Source: the human T2T-CHM13v2.0 reference genome, Homo sapiens. From it: a stretch of DNA of 64,000 nucleotides. The stretch is taken from assembly GCF_009914755.1 (NCBI RefSeq), contig NC_060947.1; one strand, 5' to 3'. Shown one piece after another: positions 14,509 through 27,940 of this stretch (within the stretch, counting starts at the first letter, position 1; each line of letters begins with the position of its first letter). The translations under genes and the position numbers were made by a program. Below the pieces are notes generated by a model that was not told the DNA's origin, did no database searches, and saw nothing but the letters and a program-made list of their open reading frames with translations.

Positions 14509-17500
14509 GGAGTGACATCAGCAAAATGGCAGAGTAGGTGTTATCTGGACTCACTCTCCTCCACAGAATCACAACTAGCAAGATTATCCAGAAGCAAGAT
14601 TACCACCCGAAATATCTCAGAACTTAGGAGTGAGACTGTGATGGTCCCTTGAACTGCAGAACTGAGAAGAACCATGATCAGATGGTAAGGAGAATGATTC
14701 TGTTTGACTATGATGTCCTTCCCCCAAGCAAGCACAGCGTTACACATGGAGAATTCCCCTGGACTCATGATTTCAATAGTGGAAAAAGTGAGTTGAAGGT
14801 AGACTTTTGGCTTCCCCAACATTCTGAGACTATATGCAGGAGGCTCACTTCTGTTTCATTCCACAGAAAGTACTGTGAATGCCAGCATGGTTAAGCCATC
14901 TGAGGTCAGCTAGAGACAAAGAATAGGGGTGGGGTTCACAGTGGCCAGTGCAGGACTCTGGTTGCTCTTCATTATGGCCAGGACAAGCACCATACTAGAG
15001 AGGCCACTCAGCAGTGCCATACAGCAGGAGGCATGGTCCATGAGGCTCTTGGGCTCAAGCCCCTAGACAGCTTTTACCAGTATCCCAGGTATCCTCCTTG
15101 AGTCTTCCCTCAGCAGTTTCAGGTAAGGCATTATGCCAGCCTCAGAGTCCTCATGTGACTTTCAGTGAACCTGGGCTTAAGGCACTCTCTGGTGCTGAAA
15201 CAACTGCAGCTGTCATGGGCCTAAGGACCAACAGTCAGTCTGCTCAGAATTTCTGGACATACCTAATGTAGAAGGATGGTCACAAAGCCAAACTGTGACA
15301 ACTAAAATAAATACCTAATCTTTTAAGATACGGACATCAGTGCATGAGTGAAAGAAACAAGAATACTCAGGGAAATATAACCTCAGCAAGCAGACAAAAT
15401 AAGATGCTGGTGATTGGCCCCAAAGAGATGAAGATGAATGATCTCCCAAACAAATAATTCAAAATAGCTGTTTTTAAAAAGCTCAGCGAATTTCAAGAAA
15501 ATACAGAGAAACAATTCAGAATTTTATTAGAGACATTTAACAGAGAGATTGAAATAATAAAAACCCCAGAAGTCCTGAAGGTGAAAAATACAGTGAAAGA
15601 AATGAAAAACGCAATAGAGACTATCAATGCAGAATTGATTGAGCAGAAGAAAGAATCAGTGTACTATTAAGACAGGCTATTTGAAAACCTATAGTCAGAA
15701 AAGAAAATAGCAAAAAGAATAGAAAGGAACAAAGAAAGCTTATGTGATTTGTGAGACAGCATCAGACGAACAAATATTCAGGTCATTGGAATTCAAAAGG
15801 GGGTAGAGAATAACAAAGGGGCAGGAAGCATATTTAAAGAAATAATAGCAAAAAAAATTTCAAACCTGGAGAAATATATAAATATCCAGGTACAGGAAGG
15901 TCAAAAGTCATCAATCAGATTCAATCCAAATAAAAGTACTACAGAACATATTATAATTGAATGGTGAAAAATCAAGACAAAGAAAGGATTCTGAAAGCAG
16001 AAAGAAAAAAGAAGCAAGTAACATATAAGGGAATTCTAACACACCTAGCAACAGCCTTCTCAGCAGAAGCTTATAGGCAAGGAGGGAGTGGGATGATATA
16101 TTCAAAGTGCTATAGGAAAGAAATTGTCAACCAAGGAAATTGTACCCAGCAAAGCTATCCTTCCAAAATGAAGGAAAGATAACTACTTTCCTTGATGAAC
16201 AAAAGCTGAGAGAATTCATTACCACCAGACCAGTTTTATAAGAAATAACGGGAGTTCTTCAAATTCAAAGAAAAGGATATTAAAACAGCTAAAGGTATAA
16301 AAGTCATTGGTAAAAGTAAGTACACAGTCAAACTCAGAATACTCTAATAATATACCAGTGGTTATAAATCACTTATATTTTTAGTATGAAGATAAAAAAA
16401 CTATTAAAAATAATAACTATAATAATTTGTTAAAGGAAAGGCAATAAAATATGTAAATTGTGACATCCAAAATTCAAAATATAGTAATGGGAAGTAGAGT
16501 TAAAGTGTAGAGTTTTTTGTTTGTTTGTTTCTGATCAGTTAGGTGGTTATCAGTTTAAAATAAGCTCTTATAAGATGTTTTATGTAGGCCTAATTTAGGT
16601 AGCCACAAAACAAAAACCTGTGAAAGATACACTAAAAATAAAAATCAAGGAATCAAAATATACTGCTAGAGAAAAATCACTCAACCACAAAAGAAGACAG
16701 TAATAGAGGAAGAAAGGAAGAAAGGATCTAGAAAACAACTAGAGAACAAGTAACAAGATGGCAATAGTAAGACCTTACCTATCAGTAATTACCTTGAATG
16801 TAAATGGGTTAATTTCTCCAATTAAAAGACATAGAGTGGCCAAATGGATTAAAAAAAAAAAAAAAGACCCAGCTGTGTGCCGCCTACAGAAGACTCACTT
16901 CACCTGTAAGAAAACACATAGGCTGAAAGTGAAGGGATGGAAAGAGATACACCATGCCAGCAGAAACCAAAAGAGAGCAGAATTAATTATACTTATAGCA
17001 GATAAAATAGACTTTCAAGTCAAAAATTTAAAAAGAGACAAAAAATGTCACGATATAATGAGAAAGGGGTTGATTCAGTGAGAGGATATAACAATTGCAA
17101 TTATATATGCACCAAATATTGAACCACTTAAATATATAAAGCAAATAATAGATATCAAGGCAGAGATAAGACTGCAATACAAAAGTAGTAGGGGACATCA
17201 ACATCCTAGTTGCAGCAAAAAATCAACAAAGAAACATCAGATTTGCACAACAAAGGAAATAATCAACAGAGTGAAGACACAACCTACAGAATGGGAGAAA
17301 ATATTTGCAAACTATATATCTGATAAGGGATTAATATTTAAAATATATAAAGAACCCAAACAAATATACACTGTTGATGAGAATGTAAATTATTACAGCC
17401 ATTATGGAAAACAGCATGGAGGTTTCTCAAAAAATTAAAAATAAAACTACCATATGATTCAGCTATCCCACTACTGGGTATATAGCCAAAGGAAATGAAA

Positions 17501-18124
17501 TCAGTAATATCAAAGAGATATCTCCATTCTCATGTTTATTGCAGCACTATCACAATATCCAAGATATGAAATCAACCTGTGTTCCTCAGTGGATGAATGG
17601 ACAAGGAAAACGTGGTATATATACATAGTGGAATAATGTGCAGCCATTAAAAAGAATGAAATCCTGTCATTTGCAGCAACATGAGTAAGCTTGAAGAACA
17701 TGTTAAATGAAACAAGCCAGGCACAGAATAACAAATACCACAAGATCCCACACATATGTGGAATCTAAAAAAATTCAACCTCAGGACTAGATAGTAGAAA
17801 CGGTAGTTACCAGAGGCTGGGATGATTGGAAAGGGAAGGATGATAAAATCTTGATCAAAGGACACATAATTATAGTTAGATAGGATAAGTAAATTTCAAG
17901 AGTGCTATGATACAGCAAGGTGATTATAGTTAAGAATGACATATTATAGTCTTAAAAATGTAAAAAATAGATGTTATGTGATCTTACCACAAAATAGATA
18001 TCTAAATGAAGTAGTGCATTTGTTAATTAGCTGAAGTTAACCATCTCACAGTGCATATATACTTCAAAACATCTTGTTGTACACAAAAACATACAGTGTC
18101 ATTTGTCAATTTAAAAAACATTTT
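14509..18124 (+). mobile_element. L1MA-type element with 5'UTR, ORF1, EN, C-terminus and 3'UTR but large internal deletions
   Basis: 5' start ggagtgacatcagcaaaatggc; ORF1 remnant (NQDKERILKAERKKKQVTYKG); ORF2 start 16758 (LSVITLNVNGLISPIKRHRVAKWIKK); 3'UTR to ~18116; TSD aaaaatgatttccaa 14494-14508 / aaaaatgattttaaa 18125-18139. Confidence 0.88.
16758..17240 (+). pseudogene. L1 ORF2 APE-like endonuclease remnant
   Basis: ITLNVNGL...CRLQKTH...RLKVKGW...IADKIDF motifs; frameshifted after ~100 aa. Confidence 0.85.
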
Positions 18125-19214
18125 AAAAATGATTTTAAAACCTAGAATTCTACATGCAACCAAATTATCAGTCAACTGGGGAGACAAAAAGGTCTCCCAA
18201 ACTTATCTACCATTTTATAATCTTTATTAGGAAGCTATGCAAAGTATGCTTTACAGTGAAGAAGTCCCCTAATACAGGACTCAGGAGAACCAGCATAGTA
18301 GTGAGGGAAAGATATTCTTCAGCATGCCAGTAGTGCAGCAGGCACAGAGGCAGCTCATCCAGAGTAGCACTTATCAGAAAGTACTGGGAGAGGTTTTACA
18401 AGAAAAATGGACATCACAGAGCACCTGATGTGACTGAGGCTCTTGAGAAGAGATTCAGGCAGTTGCCAGAATGCATGGAAATTAAGTAATGTTTAATGCT
18501 AAGTATGTGGCAAACTAGCATTCCCATGCAATAAATGAGGCAATTATCAATCACAAGAGGATTAAAAATTTATGAAAGGAAAAGTAATCATATTTTACTA
18601 CAAACTCACCCATAAGTAGTATTTACATAGCCATAATAAGGTAAACAATAATAGTCTAACTAGAATTAAGATATAAGAATATTGAAAAAAGGGGAGAATG
18701 GTGACTGCTCATTTGCCACTGTGGGAAGTCAATTAATAATGCCTAAGATAAAATATCAAGAAGTAGCAATTATTGAAACAAATGTGTTATTTGGAGAAAC
18801 AGAATAGTTACATAAAAATAAATCAGCTATAAGAGGAGAAAATGGTTTTCACTGGAAGCAGTAAATGATATGGTGGCCATCTGGTTTTACATAAATTTGT
18901 AAAAACATTATATGTGCATAATATTGGCATTATAACTTTACACATAAAAATATAACTTTGATTAAAAAATAAAAAAACAAATTCTGCATTCTATCTAGTT
19001 CATTCTCTATTTTTAGAAATCCTAGGCTCCAGATCTCTTTGGGATTAATAGCTTTCATGTCAATAATTAGCTAAAAGAAGGTGACAGCAAATAGATTTTT
19101 TTTGAGATGTAAATTTGGTAAGAGTGACATAGATTTAAGAAAGACTGAATAAAGCATGTTGACAGGAAAAGAAATAATTTTATGCCACAGCCCATTTATT
19201 TACACTAACACTAA

Positions 19215-19543
<329 letters not shown>

Positions 19544-20454
19544 GACTTTTATTTTTTTAAAAAACAATATTCCATAGTAGGTAAATACTGAAAGACTATT
19601 GTACTTTTTTTTCTCTTGGAGACAATCAATAAAATTATATTATGGCAATTATCTAATAAGTTTTATACTTTTATGAAATATACAATCAGAACAATGTCTT
19701 CTACAATTCATATGTGCTCAATAATGAAATATTCCTTTCTCTAGCCAAATTCATTCTCAGAATCAACTCACTTTTATCAGGATTATCAAAATCTGTGAAA
19801 TTAAAAAGAAGCCCTCTATCTTATCATAGAAACAAAAATAAAATAGCTTTCTAGTCAGCTATACACCAATTATAGCCCTCAAATTGCTCACAGTCTCATA
19901 TTGGCTACAGAAACAGAAATGTAAACAGATAAAATATAAATAGACAATTATAAGACAACACGGCCAGGGGCCAAATGGGGGTGTGTGAGCAAAATAGAGG
20001 GTGTTTCTAACTTCCTGAGTGTGGGGGTGGGGTATTTCAGGCAGAAACCCCCCTTCTGAAAGATCAGGAGGCTGGAAACCACGAAGCATGAGCTGCTGGT
20101 AGCTCCTGGCTCAGTATACAAATGGACACCTCTATAAGGAGATCCAATGCAAAGTAAATGTCAGATCATGAGGAGGCCATTCAATATTGAGGGGACACAT
20201 TCGATAGAGTGCAGAGGGAGAAGGTGGTCCTGGGAGATGAAAACTGAACAAGAACAGTTGAGGTACAGGCTTGCGAATCAAGTTTAGAAGATAAGAAAAT
20301 TGGGCAGAAGAGTGGGTCTAGGAGAAACATCTAGAGAAAGTAGGGAGTTATTCAGGACTCAGAGGTTTCTAAACAGGACTCCTGCTAGGATCAGGTCTGA
20401 GCTTCAAGCAAAAGCATTAAGTAGGTCATTTACTGTATTATGCCTGCCCCTGAG

Positions 20455-20781
20455 TTTTTTTGTTTGTTTGTTTGTTTGTTTGTTTGTTTGTTTTAACCAT
20501 GACAGGGTCTCACTCCTATCACCCAGGATGGAATGCAGTGGTGTAATCTCAGCCACTGCAGCCTTGACATCCTGGGCTCAGGTGATCCTCCCACTTCAGC
20601 CTCCCAAGTAGCTGGGACTATAGGCATGCGCCACTACACCCAGCTAATTTTTTGTATGTTTGGTAGAGATGGGATTTCACCATGTTGCCCAGGCTGGTCT
20701 TGAATTCCTAGCCTCAAGCAATCTGCCCACCTCAACCTCCCAAAGTTCTGGGATTGCAGGCGTGAGCCACTGCTCCTGGCC
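20455..20781 (-). mobile_element. AluJ with (TTTG)n tail
   Basis: cactgcagccttgacatcctgggctcaggtgatcctccc; divergent dimer. Confidence 0.9.
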
Positions 20782-20814
20782 TCTCACTGTTTTTAAAAAA
20801 ATTATTTTAGTATT

Positions 20815-20952
20815 TCCCTTCCACCGTGTGAAGACACAGCTAGATGATGCCATCTTTGAAGCAGAGAGTGAGTTCTCACCAGAGGACTGGTGGTACCTTG
20901 ATTTGTGGACTTCCCAGCCTCCAAAACTGTGAGCAATAAATTTCTGTTGTTT
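20815..20952 (+). mobile_element. MaLR LTR 3' fragment (MLT1A/MST)
   Basis: gtgaagacacagc...tggacttcccagcctccaaaactgtgagcaataaatttctgttgtt. Confidence 0.75.
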
Positions 20953-20959
20953 ATATATT

Positions 20960-21122
20960 TTAAAAATTATTTTATTTTTAATTTTGGTGTAAAACAAAAT
21001 ATAAAAGTTATCCTTTAGACCATTTTAAGTGTACAGTTTGGTAGGGTTAACTATATTTACATTATTGCAAAATAGATCTCTGGAACCTTTTCATCTTGCA
21101 AAACTGACACTCTATACTCATC
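20960..21122 (-). mobile_element. Old L1 (L1MA/MB) 3' end
   Basis: ccattttaagtgtacagtt...tttcatcttgcaaaactgacactctatac. Confidence 0.7.
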
Positions 21123-22039
21123 TTGTTCTCTTCTTAGATTTTCTCCATGTTGGGAGAACCACCAGATAAAGAACTAGCATCTCCCAGTTGAGTCCTCCCA
21201 CTTGAAGGCATTTAGAACCCCAAGCCAGACACTTTGAAGTTCTAAGTGTTGGAATTTTCTAATATCTCTTAGTGCATTGGAGTAGAATTGTCAAGTTTAT
21301 TTCTTTTACTATTAGCGCTTCAGAAAATATCTGCAAGGGGCTGCATGAATCACCATCTGGTTTGAAAGAAGATCAATATAGCTTAGTGTTCTCAATAAAA
21401 TAAAAACAGGGAGCCAATTTAATTATTATGCTTCTGTTGAGCTTTCTATCCCCAAAGCTAATAACTTTTCTGTAAGGATCCCCACCTTGATTACAGCCCA
21501 TGTTATATAAAATTTAGAATTCAATAATGTTGCATCCGACTTCTGGGAGTCGGCTTGGCAAACATTTTTATTAGCTAAAAGTTCTGGTGAAGGCAGAAGC
21601 TCTGACAAAAGCAAGAGAGCAAGTGAGCAGGCAAGTAAACAAGTGAGAAAAGAAAGAAGGAAGGAAGGGAGAAAGGCAGGGAGGGGAGAGAGAAAAGGAG
21701 AAAAAACAACTAGACGCTGTTGTAGAGAGTTTTAAAGAATTTCTTTCAATACAAACAACTTTTCCCACAAATTAAAATGAGAAGTATTCATTATAGCACA
21801 AGTCAGCTTTACTCCACTCTGTCTCAGATATTGTGGCTGCATCTCTGACAAATGTATTTAAACTACGGGAGCTTCTGAGTAAATCTAGTATGCTGGCTGT
21901 GATCTCAGTCAGCTTTATTTTGTCTATCATCTTTGATACCATTTCTCCAGACCCTCTCTATGAGTCGTTAAGTAGGTGAGGGAAAGAGAAGTAATTATGG
22001 GAGGTGACAGTACCCTCTAGCATTTCCCCTAAAAACTGG

Positions 22040-22495
22040 TGTCTCAGATATTAGGGAAAGTCTGAAAAGCAGATTCTGAGATGGGGATTACCACATAGGA
22101 ACTCTATTGGGATATGGTCTTGGAATCAACATCTGTGAGGGAAGGGAAGGAATCAGGCTGGGTGGAAGAAGCTGGGCCTCAGACAGTCACAAGAGGATCC
22201 CAGGGTGGTCACCCTAGGATCTCTGGAGCTGGGATGGCTTTGCATAGATATCCTGAATTGCAACTAGGAATATCTTTATGCCCCTGCATCAACCATTCAT
22301 TGGATAGGGGATGTCCCCCTGCTACCCAAGGAAACATAACCTCGGATGAAGTGATTCTCCTCGGCCAAGAACAACTTCTGGAGGGAGACTCAGCTGTGAT
22401 CTGTCAGTCATTAATTTTTTTAGCAGCTAGGGGAATGAGTTCTTTAGTCTGCATGAGGGGGAATTAATTTTGCTGTAAGTTACAATCTGGGGTCT
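22040..22495 (-). mobile_element. ERVL-class solo LTR (LTR16/LTR33-like)
   Basis: aagcagattctgagatggggatt...tattgggat; ggatctctggagctgggatggc. Confidence 0.55.
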
Positions 22496-22864
22496 CAGGA
22501 ATTCCCTGCATCTTGATGAGCCCAAGTGTGGGCCAGTTAGTCCCTGCAGAGCAATCATTTTAGACTTTAGAACCAAAATCCCAAGACAAAATGGCCCCTC
22601 ACCCAACAACTGCTGCCAAATTCTTGGCACTTGGGGAAATTTTGGCCAACCATCTGTCTGTTGGAGGAACTGTTCTAATCCTTTGACAAGAGTACATTGT
22701 CATTCAGATGGTATGAACCCTAGTGGCTCCATACTCATCTTTCCCCGTTCATTTCATCCACTTTGGGGAGGAGCCCTAACCAGGTCAAGGACACACAATG
22801 AGTATTGGGAGGACAATAGCCATTCCTGCCTACTAAGGCAAGTATAACCCACTATATGCCAGAA

Positions 22865-23320
22865 GCAAGTGCTCAGGAGTCAGCCAGGCTATGTTCTCAT
22901 ATATCCCTGACCTTGTGGGCAACTTATTAATGCCTCTGAGCTTCATTTGCCACAAATGGGACCAATAGTGCCTACTTTTTAAGGTTTTTGTGAACATTAA
23001 GTGAAATTTAGGTAGATAGATATATAGACAGACAGACAAAGATACATTTGTTGAAAGGTAATATATCTTAATGGTTCAAAATATTTTATATTTATATTTC
23101 TTGGTTTTATGTTTACTAGCTATATGTCACATGTCTCTGGGATAATTATAGCATCTCTATACCTTCATTTCCTTACCTAAAAAACAAGTCATAGTGAGGA
23201 TCAAATGAAATAATATATTTAAATTACTATTACTAGTGCTTAACACACAGATAACTACTCAGTATATGTTAACTGTTGTTATTCAGAGTTCTAGCACATA
23301 GCGAGTGTTCAATAAATTGT
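22865..23320 (+). mobile_element. MIR fragments
   Basis: tgaccttgtgggcaacttattaatgcctctgagcttcattt; gtgaggatcaaatgaaataat. Confidence 0.65.
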
Positions 23321-23544
23321 CTATCATTAAGATGGAGGTACAATTACTTCAACTAGTGATGAAATCATGATAGAGGGCTTTCTCCTTCCAGTGATTCTTC
23401 TCTTTTCATTTTTAAGTGGGGCATTTTGGGTGGTGAAAAACTTGGGAGATGTCTTCACTACAGAAGAGCTGAGAGGGCCTGGAGTAGTATTTAGGTAAGA
23501 ACAATGGGGATTCTGACTGCTTGGGGATGGCTGTGTCATGGCCC

Positions 23545-23732
23545 AGGGGTTCTAAAAGTGTGGTTCCAAGATCAACATTATCATCACCTGGGAACTTGTT
23601 AAAAATGTAAATTCTTGGGTTGCACCCCAGACCTACTGAATTGGAAACTCTGAAGCTAGGGCTTAGCAATCTGTTTTAACAAGTCCTGTTTTAACAAGTA
23701 ATCCTGATATATGCTCAAGTTTGAGAACTGAT
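23545..23732. mobile_element. MER5A (hAT-Charlie MITE)
   Basis: catcacctgggaacttgttaaaaatgtaaattcttggg...cccagacctactgaa...gaaactctg...aagtttgagaac. Confidence 0.85.
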
Positions 23733-25456
23733 ATCCTAGGCCTTGGAAAAGATATGAAGGGGGTTTTAAATGTTTTGTGTTAGATGGGGAATGGTACCTT
23801 TGGAGATACGTGACAAAAATAAGCAAATTCCCTCAAAAGATGTTCATAAATGAACATCAATCCTTGGAGGTAGCCGTCCTTGAACAAGCAGTGAGAAAGG
23901 GCCAGAGCCGTCTCACTGTATGTCACATTATTATGTGTTGGGGCATCTCAGCTACTCTGTTTGCTTGGCCCATGGTAGGTGTTTGATAAATAGTTACTGA
24001 GCTAAGGAGCAAGGACAGATACGCAGAAGACACAAGTCCTCAATGTTTTCCATTACCTAAGCCACACAGTCACATCTTCATGCAAATTCTGGAGTAATCA
24101 ATCGGTCATGTGTGGGCCTCCCTACTGCACAACTGTGTACCTCTAGTGGATAAAGACTTAGTACAGATTTCTGTTTCCTTGGATTCCCAGAGTGGGTACC
24201 ATATCTGGCCCTGCATAGCTATTGAATTGGGCAGTCACACAATTTCTTTCAGGCCAGGAATATAACCATCCATCATCTAAACTAACCATGAAGCCAGCCC
24301 TCATTCCCATATTCAAACTTCTAACATATTAGAGATTTATGGAATCAGGAGAAAACCCATCAAAGAATCCCCCTCCTTCCAAAGGTTTTGATGTTCAGTG
24401 TATCTCATTGCTATTAATCACATACAACTTGGAATCTTGCTGTAATCATACACATGAAAATTGTGATAGTTGAGAAAAAGTTGAAACGTTTGTTTCTGTA
24501 TTTTTGTTTTAAGATATGAAAGCATATGGGAGTCCTGTTGGGCACAAATGGCTCTATATTTTCTAAATCTCTCTAAAACAAAATGTGTAAGTCAGAATTT
24601 TCTGCTCTAAATTCCATATGGCTTTAATTAATTCACAGAGTGAGTAAATGTATTTTCCATTTAATGAAAAAGGCTTTTGGCAGTAGGACCACTTACTCTG
24701 CACTAGTTAATGGAGCATTAAGAATAACACAGAGAAATATTAATTATATTTGAAAAGATGGCTAGCTTTAAAGTTAGGCTATTAGCCACTTATAGCATCT
24801 CTCACAGAAATGATACAACATACTCAAAGAGAAATCTTGTCCTACTATTAATACTATCATATTCACAAATTAATAAGTCACGACATTCTCTAAAATATCT
24901 CTAATTCTCTAAAAATAAACAAATAGCCCTATAATATCCTACTCCTGACCAATGCCATCTTTGCATTTAAAGTATCTATCTTATAATTTCAAACACGAGA
25001 TTTTACCAGTTGTTGTGTTTGCTCTGAGCAAAACAAATAAAGTAGGAATATTAGGATTCTTGGTCACAAGATTTGTAGGGAATATTATTGTTTGTTCTTA
25101 AAAAAGAGAGGGAAACAGTACATTCCCCTAACAACAAAGGTGTCAAATGGCTTAAAGGCAGCTTCCTTAAAAAGTACTGTCTGAAGAGACTTCCTTCGTA
25201 TACTTTTGATCCATATCCATATAGTGAGGGTACTACACATAACACCAAGGTTATTTCATCCCTCAATTTATAAAGATTGGCTTTCACACTGAACACATGG
25301 GACAGTGATGAATACTGCTTCTTTTAGAGCAGATGGGAACATCCTGGCAGTCAGAAGCTGTATTTGGCAAAGTATGTGAGAAGAGTTTTTGAGGCATGAG
25401 ATAGTGTTGGGTGCATTCCAAGATAGTGCACACCAACCCATTGAGGTAAAAGAGAT

Positions 25457-26098
25457 GTATCCATTTGCTAGGGATGCTATAACAAAGTACCACAGATTTG
25501 GTGGCTTAAACAACATAAATTTATTTTTTCACAGTTCTGAAGGCCAGAAGTCCAAGATGAAGGTGTTAGCAGGGCTGTTTTTTTCTGAGGCCTCTCATTT
25601 AGGCTTGCAGATGGCTGTGTTCTCTATGTGTCTGTGTCTGTGTGTCATCCCTCGGCCTGTGTTTTCTATGTCCTAATCTTCTCTTCTTATAAGAAAGTGC
25701 TGCTTGAGTCCAGGAGCTCAAGGCCAGCCTAAGCAACATGGTGAACCCCCATCTCTACAAAAAATATAAAAATTAGCTGGGCGTGGTGGTGCGCTCCTAT
25801 AGTCTCAGCTACTCAGGAGGCTGAGGCAGGAGGATCACTTGAGCCTGGAAAGTTGAGGGTGCACTGCAGTGAGGAGTGATGGCACCACTACACTCCAGCC
25901 TGGGTGACAGAGTGAGACACTGTCAAAAAAAAAAAAAAAAAAAGAGTACCAGTCAGTCATATCAAGTAATGACTGAATGACCCCATTTTAACTTAATTAC
26001 CTCTTTAAAGATGCTATCTTCTAATACAGTCATATTCTGAGGTACTGGAGGTTAAGGCTTCATGAATTGGGGAGAGGGGCACAATTCAGCCCATAACA
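25457..26098 (-). mobile_element. MLT1B LTR interrupted by an Alu
   Basis: tgtatccatttgctagggatgctataacaaagtaccacaga...ggcacaattcagcccataaca. Confidence 0.85.
25700..25943 (+). mobile_element. AluJ, 5'-truncated
   Basis: tgcttgagtccaggag...ggatcacttgagcc...ctccagcctgggtgacagagtgagac plus polyA. Confidence 0.9.
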
Positions 26099-27430
26099 GA
26101 AGAAAATAAGATTCCTTTAGTTTTGGGATTATAACTTTTCTTCATTCACTCATTCAATGCAGTTATTCATTTATTGAACAAATAACTGTGAATCTCAGCT
26201 GTAATAATTGTAATTTAAGACAGATATGTAGTGTGATGAAAACTTATATTAGGATTTAGCCTGGTCATATAGGTGAATGAAAACATCCCTAAGGAAGTAG
26301 CAATTCATCTAAGATCTGAAAAATTAGTAAGTATGGAACAAATGAAGGGGGAAGGGAAGTGTTTTAAGAAGAGAAAACAGTATATACAAGGACCCCATGT
26401 TAAGGACTATGTATGAAGGAGCACAAGAAAAGTCACTATGGCCAGACCAGGGAGATGAAGGGAAAGTCTAGGAAAAGATGAGGCTGAAGAAACAGGTAGA
26501 GGCCAGATGGGCACAATCTTGTGGGGGTAGATTAAGGATCTCGTGTCTACTTGATAAGTAATGAAAAGTCTTTAAAGTGTTTTAAATCTGAAGATGGGGA
26601 TGAGGGTGGAAATAATTATACCACTTTGACTGTACTGTTGATAATGAATCACAGACAGTGGTACAGGGCAAGTGGGCAAGCAAGTTAGGAGGTGTTTGCA
26701 GACGTTCAGAAGATGGTAAGAGACAGAAGTCAATGGTTTCAAAAATATTTAGGTGGTAAAATCAAAAGGATTGAATTAATAATGGATTAGACATGTTGTG
26801 GGATGATGATGAAAAAGAGGGATGAATTGAGAATGATTACTAGGTTTCAGCTTTTCAAAGCTGAATGGATACTGTTAACTTCCCAGAAATAGAAACCAAT
26901 AGTATGGTACAGGGTGTTGGTGGAAAAATCGTATTTTCTTTTGGATCATGTTGAGTTTGAGATGCCTTTAAGATATTGAAGAGACATAAACTAGAAAATT
27001 AGATATGCAAATCTGGAATGCAGACCAAAGGTTTGAGCTGAAGATATGAATGTGTGACTCATTTCCTTATGAGTGGTAACTGAAAATGAAGAAGTAGATG
27101 AAATCAGAGAAAATTTAGAGTAAGAAGAGTAGTTGCAGAATCAAGCCTTGAGGAACCTCAACATTGATGAGCCTGCAAGGTAAACTAGGCAGAAATAGGC
27201 AGAGAGGTAAAAGGAAAACCAATGGTATACAGTGTCAAGGTGTCAACAGCATGTTTCAAAAAGGTGGATGCAATTAATTTGTGTAATGTCGCTTAGAGAC
27301 TAAGTAAGGGTTGAAAATTCCCTTTGCATTCATTGACATGGAGATTTTCTGTGATGTGATGGAACAGAACCCATGTGGGAGTGGTTGGAGAGTGATGAGA
27401 GGAGATGAAATGGAAGTGGATATGTTGGAT

Positions 27431-27940
27431 ATGTCTTAGGTTGAGCTCCTCCAAAAGCAGATCCTAGGACAAGAATTTGAGTTGAAGTGGGTTTTTGCGG
27501 AAAGGCAATCCTAGGAAGCAAGAGAAAGTGAAAAGGGAAGGTAAGGGAAAGGAAGGAAGAGAGTAAAGGGTGAGGTACTGAGCAGATTGTTGCTGGGTTA
27601 ACTGAGATTCAGCTCTGCTAGGGACCTCTGGGACACAATGTAGAACACACCTCAGAGTTAGGCTTGTCCTCACTCAGGGACTAAGACATGCATATTTATC
27701 CTCCAGCTCCCACCCATCATTGGCTGAGGGATATTCCCAAGGGCACAAATTCCCATAACCCTCTGGAGTGCCTTGCACTAGACTGGAGAGAAGTCCCCAG
27801 GTAGGGTGTCCTGGCTGCTTAAAGTATTTTTTAATGGCAAAAATTGCAATTACTTTTGCATCAACCTAATAAGATGCCACTGGACTGTACTGGAAGCTGA
27901 GTGCTTAGAGGAGTTGGGTGAGGCACTGACTTCATCTGCC
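27431..27940 (-). mobile_element. ERVL-class LTR (LTR16-like)
   Basis: tgtcttaggttgagctcctccaaaagcagatcctaggacaagaatttgag; tatttatcctccagctccc...cattggctgaggg. Confidence 0.6.
27829..27871. mobile_element. Half MADE1 (Hsmar1 mariner MITE)
   Basis: ttaatggcaaaaattgcaattacttttgcatcaacctaata matches one MADE1 terminal inverted repeat ending in TA. Confidence 0.8.

Larger units (their letters stand above)
13300..19000 (+). mobile_element. Ancient HAL1/L1ME ORF1-like host element, split by younger L1s at 13400-13831 and 14509-18124
   Basis: ORF1-like motifs (aggtccacaatccaaattataggagt; ttctcaatagca...gctagaagacaatggaataatgc) resume after the insert as aacctagaattctacatgcaaccaaattatc. Confidence 0.6.

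Noticed and set aside
23671-23700. 15-bp tandem repeat ctgttttaacaagt(c/a) in MER5A
   Set aside because: Trivial slippage duplication in a dead MITE.
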